This document shows positions 10,904 through 22,663 of a DNA stretch of 64,000 nt, in pieces. The position numbers were made by a program, and so were the translations under genes. Below the pieces are notes generated by a model. That model was not told the origin of the DNA. It saw nothing but the letters and a program-made list of their open reading frames with translations, and ran no database searches. Every line of letters starts with the position of its first letter. The stretch's first letter is position 1. Source of the DNA: Vezdaea acicularis (taxonomy: Eukaryota); contig JAPEUI010000006.1 in NCBI GenBank assembly GCA_026025075.1, positions 186,001-250,000 of the forward strand. The letters run 5' to 3'.

Positions 10904-13900
10904 TCACCACCCGGCCCCCGCACCCTCTCCTCCACCCGCATTCCCATCCATCGGCGGCGGCTCCATGTTAAACGGGACGAACCAGGCCGAACTGGCTCCA
11001 CCCATCCCGCCTACCCCACCAATCCCGCCTGTCCCCCCCATCCCACCCGCCATGTCCAGCCCTAGTCCCAATCCCAACTCGCCGGGTACACCCATACCCA
11101 CTCCACCAACAGGCTCGGCGATATTCAAGGCCATGCCGTCGAGGCCGACCACGCTACCGGGTTGTGTGGGGAGAGAGTGCGCTGTCGCGCCGGACGGACC
11201 GGGGGGGAAGGGGGAGAGGGGGATGTCTATCCCATGGCCCCTCCATGTAGGGTCGAGAACGGGGGGGGAAGTGGGTTTGGGTGCGTATGGCTGGTAGAGG
11301 AGGGGGGGGTGGGGGTCTAGTTGCTGGTGGTGCTGGTGGTGGTGAGACGGGTGAGACGGGTGGGATGGGGAGTGTGGGTGTGGGAGACTAGAAGGCTCGG
11401 AGTAGTGCGGGAGGTGTGGCAGGTACTGCGTTGACTGCCGAGAGAGGTGGGGGTGGTAGAGTTGGTCGTATGCTTGCGCGCTCGGCTGCTGGGTCGTTGG
11501 GATCGTGGAAAGGGGCGGTTGCGGCTGCTGCATCTGCGTCTGCGTCTGCTGTTGCTGCGCAGAAACACCACCACTCAGTGTCCGATCGAGCACCCCACCC
11601 TTTCCTTTACTCGACCCCGCAGACTTCTTCCGCTTCGCCGCCTTCGGTTTCTGCTGCTGCTGTGGTGGCGGCGGCTGCTCGGGCCCGGCCGACAGGCTCG
11701 CAAAGAACGTCTCCACCGTCTGCAAGCCGTCGAGATCGTCCTGGCCTGCGGTATTCGGATCGCGCTCCGCTTTTGCGGGCGCAATGTCGTAGTTGGCGCG
11801 CTCGACGCCGCGGGGGTACTTGTCGAACCAGTCGCCGTACTGGAAGGTTGAGGCTGGGCGATGATTGCGGTCAAGACTGGGCGTTCTCGTCCCACCCGGA
11901 TTCGGTCCTCGATGCTGCGCCTCATCGGCGTGCGCGCGGTAGATCTCCTTGAGGCTCTCGGCGACGTAGTGGAACATGCCCCAAACGCGCTTCATCTTGC
12001 CGAGGTACTTGACGTTGGTGGTGAGGTTCTGCTTCGCCATGGCCTCGAGCTGCGCGTTCTTCGAGAAGATGCCGAAGACGTGCACGGTGCTGCTCAGGAA
12101 GGCGCAGTAGCCGAAGAAAGGGGCGGTGACGGGGTATTCGCTCGAGTCGCGGATGAGCGCCGAGATGCGGGATGCTGCTTCGAGAGCGGCGCGGCCGCAT
12201 TGTCGCACGAACTCTTTGGGCATCTCGCTGGCTGGGGCGAGGCCTGGCGCGGAGGGGATGGCGAAACGGTTCATGAAGAGCACGATCTGGTGGTAGACGG
12301 TGTGGAGGAAGAAGAACTGGTTGGCAATGTGCTCGGCGGCGTGGGCGTCGAGGTTCTGTTGGTTGTATTGCAGGTCCGGGGGCATGTTTGTTCGGAAGCC
12401 ATCCACCAAGCCTTGTAACTCTGCAAAATGGGACTTGGGGGACCACATGGGATGAGGGTCCTTCTCCTTTCCCCCTAAGTTGAGATATTTGATGACTCGG
12501 CCCCAGAGGGCTACGATGCGGATAACGTAGGCGGCGACGCCCATATTCTCTTTGGGATCTTGCGTCTGTCCATCTTCAGTCTTGACCCAGTCGTGAACTT
12601 CTCCTTCCAGCGTTGGTGTCGTGCCGGCAATGCCCATCTGAAAGAATTTCTCTTTGATAGGCAGCTGTATCTTGATACTCTCTTCGTTCGCGAACGTGGG
12701 TCGCTCGGTGCCCGACGAGTTGAAGCGATCCATCAGAAAGCACGCCCACATCGTCCGGCGACGTATCTCTCGGTCTGTCACGCTCAACGGGACTTTCTCG
12801 CGAGCCAGCGGATCGTATTCCACCTCTCGATGGAGCTGCAAAGCGTACGCCATCCGCAATGCCATCCCGCCAAATGCCCAGCTCCTTCCACCTTGGCACG
12901 TACCGAACTCATGCAGACCGAGGAGGACCGTCGCCGTCAGGATGGTAATGTTCGGCTGGTCGTAGTGCTTGATGACGATGTTTCGTGCTTCCGAGGCCCA
13001 CTCCTCCCCTCTTAGAAAGGGCGGTTCCTGCTTGAGCTCTGGATGATTGGCAAACCGCGCTGATATCGCACAAACCGCGAGCATCAGGACCGGCGGAATC
13101 CTCCCGGCGCCCAGCCGCCTCATGAAGCTGGGCTTGTGCAACAACGAGTACGTTTGGCCGTAGACGCAGTCGAAATAGACTTCGACAAGGTGCTGTCGGA
13201 TATGCATCGGTGGCAGACTAGCGGCGCCCTCCGTCATCAGACTATTCTCATCGGACTCCGATGCTGCCGTTCGCGATAGAGTCTGACGAGCAGCCAACTT
13301 GTCGTCTGGCTTGGGCTTCATCCACTCGCCCAGTTCGTCCCCAAAGGCGTCGGCGGCCGCTCGTTTCTTGCTCCCCGAGGTCTTGGATGACCCACTCGCG
13401 ATGCTGGGTTTCAACACGGCACGACCCATCGTATGAGACTCGGGCACTTCGTGTCTAGGCACGATCTTAATGACGCGCTCCTCCATACGCTTCAGGCGCT
13501 TGTCTAGCATCGCCATGTAGTCCGTTCTTGGAGCCGCTTTTCGCGTGGTGATCTTGTAGACGCATGGGATCCTCGACCGAAGGCAGTGCTTGCACGCCGG
13601 CTTCTCTCCTGAACACCGGATCTTCTTGCGGCGACACGCGATGCAAGCAAGGGGCAGCCGCTTGCGGTCCTTGCCCGCCTTGGTCTTCAAGTCACTCCAC
13701 GGCGGCGGTTGGCTGTCGTTACTACTTGGATGCTTCGACTTCTGTGCTGACGAACGGACGTCACCGTCCAACCCATCCATGCTCGGAGCAGCATTGCCAA
13801 TGCTGTACTCTATGATCGAAGGGCCTACCGGGTAACCTGAAGGGCTCTTGGACTGAGAGCCATCCATGCTTGCTGACCTGGGATGATTCTCCCAGTGGGA

Positions 13901-14341
13901 CAGAGAGCCAACGCTTCGTCGATGGTCGCCGGCAGAGTGGCCCGAACCTCGTCGGGCGGCCCATTCGGACGTGGTGCTCCCGCCGGCATAGTCAAGACTC
14001 CGTCGATGTTCCTCTGGGGAAGGAAATCGAGGCGTGAAACCGTCGCTTCTTGATACATCGAAGGAGCTGTTTCGATATCTGGACACCTGGTCCACGTATG
14101 GCGACTGCGTGATCGAGTGATCGCTACTGAGATGCCCTGGTGTGGAGTGCTCCGTGTGGATCAAGGCGTTGACCTGGGAGGGCCGACTCTCCGACAACGT
14201 ATATTCTTTCATCGCCCTGGGGTCAAAGGCCGCTTGGGCCGCCTGCGAGAGCGCTTCGATGGACGACATGGGGTGGGCGCCCGTGGTCGCATATCGAATA
14301 TCAGGCGGTATGGTCGCCGTGGAAAACGGAGCATCGCCCAT
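10904..14341 (-). CDS. Zn(II)2Cys6 fungal transcription factor with Fungal_trans middle homology region, apparently intronless
   Basis: RLPLACIACRRKKIRCSGEKPACKHCLRSRIPCVY zinc cluster; LLHKPSF, GMALRMAYALQLHRE, EIRRRTMWACFLMDR; Q/H/P/G-rich tail. Start is ATG 14341 or the in-frame ATG 14269. Confidence 0.92.
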   Translation of the reverse strand: MGDAPFSTATIPPDIRYATTGAHPMSSIEALSQAAQAAFDPRAMKEYTLSESRPSQVNALIHTEHSTPGHLSSDHSITQSPYVDQVSRYRNSSFDVSRSDGFTPRFPSPEEHRRSLDYAGGSTTSEWAARRGSGHSAGDHRRSVGSLSHWENHPRSASMDGSQSKSPSGYPVGPSIIEYSIGNAAPSMDGLDGDVRSSAQKSKHPSSNDSQPPPWSDLKTKAGKDRKRLPLACIACRRKKIRCSGEKPACKHCLRSRIPCVYKITTRKAAPRTDYMAMLDKRLKRMEERVIKIVPRHEVPESHTMGRAVLKPSIASGSSKTSGSKKRAAADAFGDELGEWMKPKPDDKLAARQTLSRTAASESDENSLMTEGAASLPPMHIRQHLVEVYFDCVYGQTYSLLHKPSFMRRLGAGRIPPVLMLAVCAISARFANHPELKQEPPFLRGEEWASEARNIVIKHYDQPNITILTATVLLGLHEFGTCQGGRSWAFGGMALRMAYALQLHREVEYDPLAREKVPLSVTDREIRRRTMWACFLMDRFNSSGTERPTFANEESIKIQLPIKEKFFQMGIAGTTPTLEGEVHDWVKTEDGQTQDPKENMGVAAYVIRIVALWGRVIKYLNLGGKEKDPHPMWSPKSHFAELQGLVDGFRTNMPPDLQYNQQNLDAHAAEHIANQFFFLHTVYHQIVLFMNRFAIPSAPGLAPASEMPKEFVRQCGRAALEAASRISALIRDSSEYPVTAPFFGYCAFLSSTVHVFGIFSKNAQLEAMAKQNLTTNVKYLGKMKRVWGMFHYVAESLKEIYRAHADEAQHRGPNPGGTRTPSLDRNHRPASTFQYGDWFDKYPRGVERANYDIAPAKAERDPNTAGQDDLDGLQTVETFFASLSAGPEQPPPPQQQQKPKAAKRKKSAGSSKGKGGVLDRTLSGGVSAQQQQTQTQMQQPQPPLSTIPTTQQPSAQAYDQLYHPHLSRQSTQYLPHLPHYSEPSSLPHPHSPSHPSHPSHHHQHHQQLDPHPPLLYQPYAPKPTSPPVLDPTWRGHGIDIPLSPFPPGPSGATAHSLPTQPGSVVGLDGMALNIAEPVGGVGMGVPGELGLGLGLDMAGGMGGTGGIGGVGGMGGASSAWFVPFNMEPPPMDGNAGGGEGAGAGW

Positions 14342-17300
14342 CTCGAGTGGATATACCCAACGGGCAATTGGGCATTCGCAGCGGAGCCAAGGTGTCCGCA
14401 ATTGCGCTCATCCTCAGGCTTAGTAAGAAGGAAAGCGCTCCTCGACCTTCACATTCCGCGCCGACCCCGTCAGAATTGATGAGATTTGAGAAAGGCGTCC
14501 TCTACGCGCAAAGAGTCAATGGTGACATATGATGCTCGGTAGCCGCGCATAAAGTTCGAGCGCCGGCGCCACTGCAGAGGTTGCAGAGGTTTTGCAGAGG
14601 TACCAGGTGAGCTTGCCTCGGGGAATATAGCTAGCCAGAGCTCAAACGACTGGGGCCGCATCAATCAAGAGGCATCCAATATCTTATCGCTGGCTTCAGG
14701 CCATGATTGGAGGGGCTGCTTGGCCGCACATGTTGGGAAGCAGGTGGTCAGCCAGGGCTGGGACTGGGGTAGAGGCAGAGGCAAGTGAGGTCGACTGGTG
14801 GTGGAATGGAGAATCGGGGCCACGATGACGGCGGGCATGGTCGAGGGGAGGTCATGCATCCGGAGCTTCGACTGTATCGATGCCCTCTCTCACGCTCACG
14901 CCCTTCACGCACGACGCATTCTCCAACCGCGGCTACTGTACCCCAGCGGCCGCGAATGGGAAGGTTTTAGCAGGGCGGCCGCCGCCACGCCAGCCGCGCT
15001 ACTGCCGGCCGTGGGCATCGGCACGATCGACGGCTCCCCCTCCAGCGTGCCAGACGGCCAAGTTCATCGCGACCGTTTCCCATCCAGCCTGGACCGTTCG
15101 GCGGCGACCACAAACCTACCACGGCGGTCGCGTTGTGATGAGAGTCTCTCTCGCGCATGCGCATTGCGTCGTCCGCGTCGGTCTTCGGATGGGCGAGCAC
15201 CCGCGCAGCGAGCGGATGCGTGCGGTCGACGTCGGCGATCTCAGTCTGGAGGTTTTCCGCCTCGGATGGCGGGCAGGTCGAGGCGCGAGGTTGATTGGTC
15301 AGAGATCAGTCATGGTCGGGAGAGCGGCGGCCGCGCCCAGGGCCGTCCAGGCGATTTGTCCGTTCTGCGCGAGCGTGGCTTGCGTGCGCTCCCCTCTGCG
15401 CTCTCTTGGCGTGCTCTCTGCGCTTGCCTGCAACGACGTAGGAGAAGGGGCAGAGTGACGGGTGCATTCTCTCCAATGGCGCGCCGCCTCATCCTGCACA
15501 TCACCCACTTGTGCGCGCACTTGCGCTCACTATCGACCGTGGGCGGGCAGGGACGCCCCCGGTCTCGCGAAAAACGGCGATGTTTTCATCCTGCTCGGCC
15601 CTTTCGTCGTATCAAATATTGGGGCTTGGGGAGGGCCAAACCCTTTTCTCTCCGCATCGTCCCCCGCCGGCCATGCAATCTCGCTCGCAATGGACGCTCG
15701 CGTGGGCCACGCGGCTTTCTTCGGGCGCCTCTTTGCTCTGGCTCCCTGCGCGTGCTGCTCGAACGGGATGTGGAATGGCGGAATGGCGCTCGATTCGGGG
15801 GAAATGGTCGACGCCGAGTGGACCCTCCCCAACTCTATCAAAAACTCTTTTTCGCAGCCCATGTAATCCCGGTTCCGTCACTGCCCATCACCCCGTCGAC
15901 GATCGAGAGGAGCTTGAGGTGTCCGCTAGCTGCCGAGGCACGTTCTCTGTCGGCCGCACCGTTGATGGAGCAAAATCTCACCACGCAATTTCGCGGGAGA
16001 CTTCGTCCCAGCAGTCCGGTCCATGCCAATGCGCACGTGACGTTGGTGGGGTCCAGGGTCGTGCCAGGGCGGCGCCGATCGGCCTTCGCCTCGCCCTCGA
16101 ATGGCCGCACCCGCTGCAAGGGCTTTCTCGCGCGAAGCCCCCCCTTGCATGACATCCTCTGTGCTTTCCGTCTGAAGCTGATGATGCGCAAATCGCCTCC
16201 AAACAACCATAGAGCACCACGGTTGAGAGATCTGCAATAGGCCGCAACACCTTCAGCCTCTCTTTTCCTGCTCAGCGTGAGGCTTCGTGTCCGAGCATCG
16301 ACCCCGCTAGAAGATACTTGCTTATCTTCCGCAGCCCAGGGTTGGCGGACCCTCCTCGCTCGGCCCTTCCAAGGAACCGATCCGAATGCTAAGACAGGCA
16401 TTCCGGTTTGCCATGGCTGGACCACGGATCCAAGCGCGTCGGAACTGGGCCCGAAGTCGATGGTGATCGACTGATGGCGCTATCTCAGGGAAATAAACGC
16501 CGAGAAGAGCTCGTGGACTTTGAGACAACAGCCCTGCTCCTCTGGTTTGTCGCCATGGCTATACGAAATTTCAATTACGAGGGTACCGAGGTTCTTTTCC
16601 AACATGCCGTGCGTATTGACGGCACAGGAGCCAACACGAGCCTGTTGTTGTAATTTTTCATACAACAACATGCTCAAACGTGCCCGCAAATTTTTTCCTT
16701 CGTCTCAGGAGGAAAGACATGTCAACAGCGGTAGTCATTTCCTCATAACTTCCCGCCATATCCTGTGCGAATGTTTTTCCTTTCTCGGAAATGATGCACA
16801 CCGATGGTGAATAAGGGCCGATTGCTCCAGCGTGAATACGAAGCGTGAATGTGGTCACGGAAGATTGACGACGATCAGGGGCACGGTCAAGGGGATAGCA
16901 CGAAGCATCCAGTACTAGTGCAGCTCTGATCACTGCCAAGGCTTCCCCCGACACGATTAGGGCTACCAAGGAAGCTGCGCTCATTAGTCCCAAGCTGCTT
17001 TTCGATCCCGTTTTTGTTAGCTGACCAAGGCCCCGTTGCTGATGAGGTTGCGCAAGCACGTCGCAGCTTGAGGCTGAGGTTGCAGTGAGAGGGAAGCAGA
17101 TTCGATGAGACGCCGGCCGCATGATTACATGTCCAAAGTCCTCCCCGTTTTGCAATTTTGTATTTTTGAGCATCTAGCAGAACTGCTAAAGCCAATTCGA
17201 ACTTGGAATTATCTGACCTTTGGAATAATCTACACGTGCAAAGTTGTTTAGTTGAGAAATCGCATTTTCACATCGTATATCGCAGCTGCTGCAACGTTCC

Positions 17301-17723
17301 AGAGCGTTTGAACGAACGCAACCTAAAGTTTTCGCTTGGGCGGTCCCCACACGCATTTTGCAGCACGAACGTCATCCCGTGCGAGCCGTGCCCCATCATG
17401 CGCCTCCGACCTCAAACAGGGAACTGGGTGCGTGTGAATGGCGAAATACATGCCATCTCGGCGTGAAGCGAATCTTCACCAGAGCCCAATGTTCTTTGCA
17501 TGAGTCTGCAGGGCCTTACATTTCAAATTCGGGGTTGACGTGACGATTTCACACTCTCACAAAGTTATGCGATCACGACTCCATGCTCGTTTGACGAGCG
17601 GCCGAGCTTAGCTTCTATATTGGCCGTGCCGATATCGACTGAGCCACCAGCTCGGGGCACTTTTTTCCAACCACCGCTGTTTGCTAAAAATTCACACATC
17701 TCACCACGTTCACAGCATCCAGC

Positions 17724-20301
17724 ATGGCGGCTCTACACACAGCTCTACAAGCGCTCTCTCCGACGGATTTCACCTCGGTCCCACTCCACGATCTCGGCGG
17801 CTATCTCCACGAAACCTTCTCCAAAGCGCAAGTCCTCATCGACTCGGTGCCCCTCCCCGGACCGGAATCGGTGACGCCGACCGCCCGTTCCCGCTCGAAT
17901 ACCGTCAGTTCGATAGCTTCTAATGCTTCCGAGATCTCCGCCTCGTCCGCCCGATCCGCCGATCCCGTCCCCGAGCATATCTCCCTACAGAAAGAATGGG
18001 GGAAGGCGCTGAAGCTGGGCGCGAAGGAGAACCCGCTGGGGATCTCGGTATATAAACTCTCGGGAAAGGACGGGAAGGGGGCGTGGTTCGCGAGACGGAG
18101 TGTTCATGAGGGCCTTGGGTTTGCGAAATGGAAGAGGGGGCTGGAGCGGGAGTTCCCGGAGAGCATGGCGGTTCAGGGAGGGCCGGGTCAGGGGAATATC
18201 AGAGGGATTGGCGGGGAGAAGAGGGTGGAAAGAGAGATTGTTGCAGGCGTCGGGAAGATGGAAGGTCAGTACATTTTTGACGAACATCGATGCATGCGAG
18301 GCTGATATACGGATAGTATACCACCTTTCCGCGCAATTCCCTGGACCGACGACTCCCCGTGATTTTGTCACGCTCCTCCTAACTACCGACTCTGCGCTCC
18401 CAAACACAAGTAACGGCGCACACACATCACACCCGAATACTCTCTCGCCGAGTCTTTCGTCAACTCTGCAGGAGCCTCCCCGCCACTACATGGTCATCTC
18501 GAAACCCTGCAATCACCCCTCGTGCCCGCCTCGCGATGGCTTCATTCGTGGGCAGTATGAGTCTGTCGAATATATCCGTGAGATTCCCCTGAAGCCTGGG
18601 AATCGTGCTTCGCGCTCCACCAACGACCTTAGGGGTGCTGGCGCGGGTACGGGCACGGGCGGACGAACCCGCGCCTCGTCTATAGGCCGTGAAGCTATGC
18701 TTCGCTCTGCTACGCAACGGACGGCGACCTTTCCCGCCCAGATAGACGGCCTAAGTGGCAGTAAAGTGGCTGGTCAGGTGCCAACGCCTCCACCGTCTCC
18801 ATCGTCCAGCTTGGAAGTCATGGCAGCCACCGAAGGCCGAAGACGCGGAGCTACCATCTCGTACTCTGCCCCACGCGCGGCTCGATCGACCGATGGAAAC
18901 CTCCATGTTCCCCACGAAGAGGAGGAGGACGATGAATCAGAGACGAACCCGGTGGAATGGATCATGATCACGCGCAGCGATCCAGGGGGCAGCGTGCCAA
19001 GATTCATGGTGGAGCGGGGCACGCCCGGGAGCATCGTCACCGATGCAAGTAAGTTTCTGGACTGGGCTTGCAGTGCTGAGCATCCGGAGGGCGAGGACGA
19101 GATTGAGACGGTGGTAGAGGGCTCCGTGTTAAGGAAAGATGAGGAGAAAGTGGACGCGTTGCATCTCAACGCCCATCTCTCGGGCATCGACGGGACTACA
19201 GAGGGCGTCGAAGGCGACGAGCACCAACACCCCACCCCGCCCAGTCTCTCCGCTACGAGTGCCGCACCAGCGGCCCCACTCGCGGAGTCCGCAGCGACGA
19301 AAGACGCAGAAGCGCACCCTCCAACAAAAGACACCCCGGCGCCACACACCTCCGCACCCACCCCCCACCAAAATAGCCTCTACGAAAGCGTCACATCCAC
19401 GCTAGGCGCCGGCCTAACCGCAATAACCCCGACAATGATCTCCTCGCATTTCCCCACCTACCACTCCTCCCCGCGTCCCTCCTCGCTCACGCGCTCCTCC
19501 TCCGCATCCTCCAGCACCTCCGTAACCAGCACCGTCAGCTTCGCCACCGCTAACAGCGCCACCTCCTCCCAAGCGCGCACCAGCAACGACCACGACTCCG
19601 TACCCAGCTCTTCTTCTGCCTTACCGCAAGCGCCCCCCGCCGCAGGCGATCCATCCACCTCCACCACCTCCGCCGCCGACAGCACATCCCTCACCAAATC
19701 CTCCACCGCTGCCTCACTAACCACCACCGCAGCCGCCCAGGATAAAGAACTTCTGAAGCTGCAAGAGCGCCGCCGCAAACTGGACGAGAAGTTGGAGAAA
19801 TCGCGCCTTTCCCTCCTTCCTGTCCCCTCCACCTCTTCCTCTTCCTCCGCTGCCACCTCCGCCTCCGCCTCCACCACCACGGTAACAGCAGAACCCCCCC
19901 AACCACCACCAGCCGCCTGGACAAAAGCCCTCGCCACCCACGCCCGCGACGTCCAAAAACTCGAAGTGCGGTACGCGCGCGAACTCGAGAAGATCCAAGC
20001 AAGACGTGAACGTGACGTCCGTAAAGAAAACGAGAGGGAGAAGAAACGCCTGGATAGGGATGAGCGCGCGAAGTTGGCTAGAGAGCGGGATGAGGCCAGG
20101 AGTGAATTGGCGAGGGTCAGGGCTGAGAGGGATGCGTTGAGAGTGGTGGTTGGGGAGTTGCAGAGGGAGAATACCGGGTTGGTTGCGCGGTTTGGTGCAG
20201 TTGGAGGGACGGCGGGGGGTGGAGGGACGGCAGGGGCGGGGGGAGTGGATATTGGGACGGGGGAGGGTGGGAGTCGGGCGCCTACGCCGCGGCTTGCGTA
20301 G
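17724..20301 (+). CDS. DUF3074 (START/Bet v1-like) protein with C-terminal coiled coil, 2 exons
   Basis: AWFARRSVHEG, intron ~18264-18317, YHLSAQFPGPTTPRDFV, GQYESVEYIREI, PVEWIMITRSDPGGSVPRFMVERGTP. Confidence 0.85.
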
Positions 20302-20800
20302 GGTTGCGTGGGTGGGGGATGAAGAGACCATCTATATGTCCTTCCAGGGCACCGCCCCGGGGCAAGGAGGCAGGGGGGGGGGAAAGGGGGGGGGTGGAGG
20401 AAGTTCCCATCGGCCACGTGTTTTTTGTATATGTGCTGGAGATAGTAGAGTTTAGGATAGGAGGTGGGAAGGGTGCGTAGTCATGTGTAGCCCCTATTAC
20501 CTTGAACGAAACAATCACCTCCCCTATTATCTTATCGTTCAGTAGTAACATCCTCGCATCATATCAACATCCAGACCTCCTCCCTCCCTACTACTCTTTA
20601 CTGTGATCTGGTGCACCTGTAGAGCAAACAAGGGGGTTCTCGTTAGTGTGCCCTCGGTTCGAATCTCGTGCCCTATTATTACAGCTCCCACATTGAACTT
20701 TTGCGGATTCGCTTGCCCAAAAAAATTTCAATCCTGTATTCATTCGCCTCCGTCACCAAAATTCACCTGAAATCGCATCAGGGTGAATACATTGACAAGC

Positions 20801-21941
20801 ATGACGCGCAAAATGAAACAGGTTGCCTCTGTGGCTGAGGGCCAGCTACAGGGGGTGCCCCCGTCAGAGCAATCAAAAACAAGCCCCGCCGAGAACGCCG
20901 AGAACGCGTTGGAGACCCCCCCTCCCACTCCCGACAGTGTTGCCGCCTGTGAGTCTCCTCTCAAGCCGCACACACCCACTAGCCACTTACGTCTTAGTAG
21001 GTGGACGCCGAGAACAAGTCGAGAAACTCAAGAAACTATTCAGCGTTTACAAAGAAGTGCATGAGGAACTTAAAGAACGGCACAGCACTCTCAAAGAGGT
21101 GCATGAACGATACAGCGCTCTCGAAGGACGGTTCAGCACTTTCAAAGAAGTGCACGACGCTGAGATGTTAAGTCAGTAACTACCTCCAGTGAAGTAGTTC
21201 CAATGTTCAACCACTAACTGACGCGCAATTTAGGCCGAGAAAAGAAGCATTTTCACCTTCTCGGCCAGAAAAAGATCCTTGAACGAATGTACAAAGCTCG
21301 CACGAAAGGTCAGCGCCTCCATCTCGCACTTCTAGGTGGTAAGCTGATCATGCATGTGTATAGCCTTAGAAGATGAGGTCCAAACACTCGTAGTAGACAA
21401 CCGAAGCCTATTAGATATGAACAACGAGAAGCAGAATAAGATTTACGACCTTGAAGCCGCAAATTCGGATCTGCAAAAAGAAACTCAACAGCTTCGTTTG
21501 GAGTTGCAACTTCATCAAGAGAAGCCTGCCCCGGTGAATGATTTCCAGCCTGCCGACGCTCACAAGCAGTACCTAAAGCAGTATTGCCTTCCGGACACCG
21601 TCTCTCATCTCCTTGAAGACTACCACTGCATGTCGAAGGAACTCGGCCGCACTCAAGAACGACAGAACATCACAGAGCTGCTACTCCGTGGAGAACAAGC
21701 GAACTTTCAAGCCATCAAAACCAGGTCTGACAATCAGCAACAGCAGCTTGAGATCTTGTGGGCTGAGGCTAAGGAAATGCGAAAGAAGAATGTACGACTT
21801 GCAAAGGAGCTGCATGGATTCAAGTCCGAGGCTGAAGGCGTCAAGAAAAGATATAGCTTGTACAGGCAAGTGGTCGAGCAAGCTGTACATATCTTCGATA
21901 CGGATAGTGAGGACTCGTCAGCTGGGACCAATGATGATTAG
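20801..21941 (+). CDS. Hypothetical coiled-coil protein, 4 exons
   Basis: Frame-consistent introns 20949-21000, ~21172-21233 and ~21309-21363 join E/K/Q/L-rich heptad ORFs; internal KEVH repeats; no recognised family. Confidence 0.65.
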
Positions 21942-22663
21942 CTCCAAGTCAGACCGAGACGAGTGCTCATCACCGTACGTCCAGTGCTTGCCAACGGTTA
22001 AGTATCATAGCAATGACAAGACTAGGTAGATGCATAGATAGACTCAAGAAATGAAGAAGCTTATCACTGTGCGTGATAAGCGTTCTGTATAAAGCGTAAT
22101 CAAAGAATTTGACCCCGTTCCCAAAAAAGGCGAGATCCCAACCTTTTCCCGCACAACCGATGTTCCCACATTCTATCCGTAGACAACCATAACAAAACTG
22201 CTACGGTATGCATAGTACTTATTGTGCGACAAGGGTAGATCCAATAAGCCCATCTGAATAGTTGAGAAGGACATACTCTGATGGTCACGTCAACGGCGCA
22301 AGAACGTTCGAAAAATGCATCACACAGATGAAAATGGGCCGCCTCCGCAAAGAGACCTGCAGTCTCGTCTATGTTTACTGACGAACGAGAATAACCGCCA
22401 GCCTTGCGTGTTCATGCACGATACCAGATGCGTTTGTCTATCCAGTGTCAAGCATAAGCGCCAGTATTGCTTTCCGCAACCCCAGACCACTCCGTGATCT
22501 TCGTAGGAATATAAAGACTGACTAAGGCCTGTCAATCATCAGTAGTATCTCCAGGTGGTCAGGGACAGAATAGGTATGAGATCTGAGGAATTCTGGTTTG
22601 TAGAGCTCGGCCCAGTGCACGCGAGCTGACCACGTATAGCGCCCAGAAATACGAGGACCAGTC

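Noticed and set aside
11317..13964. Many overlapping ORFs antisense or out of frame to the Zn2Cys6 gene
   Set aside because: Shadow ORFs expected from high GC3; no motifs.
19458..20417. 319-aa antisense ORF over DUF3074
   Set aside because: Mirror frame of low-complexity coding sequence.
20620..20675. B-box-like GGTTCGAATC at 20656 suggesting a tRNA or SINE
   Set aside because: No T-stem or acceptor-stem pairing and no properly spaced A box; at most an isolated TFIIIC site.
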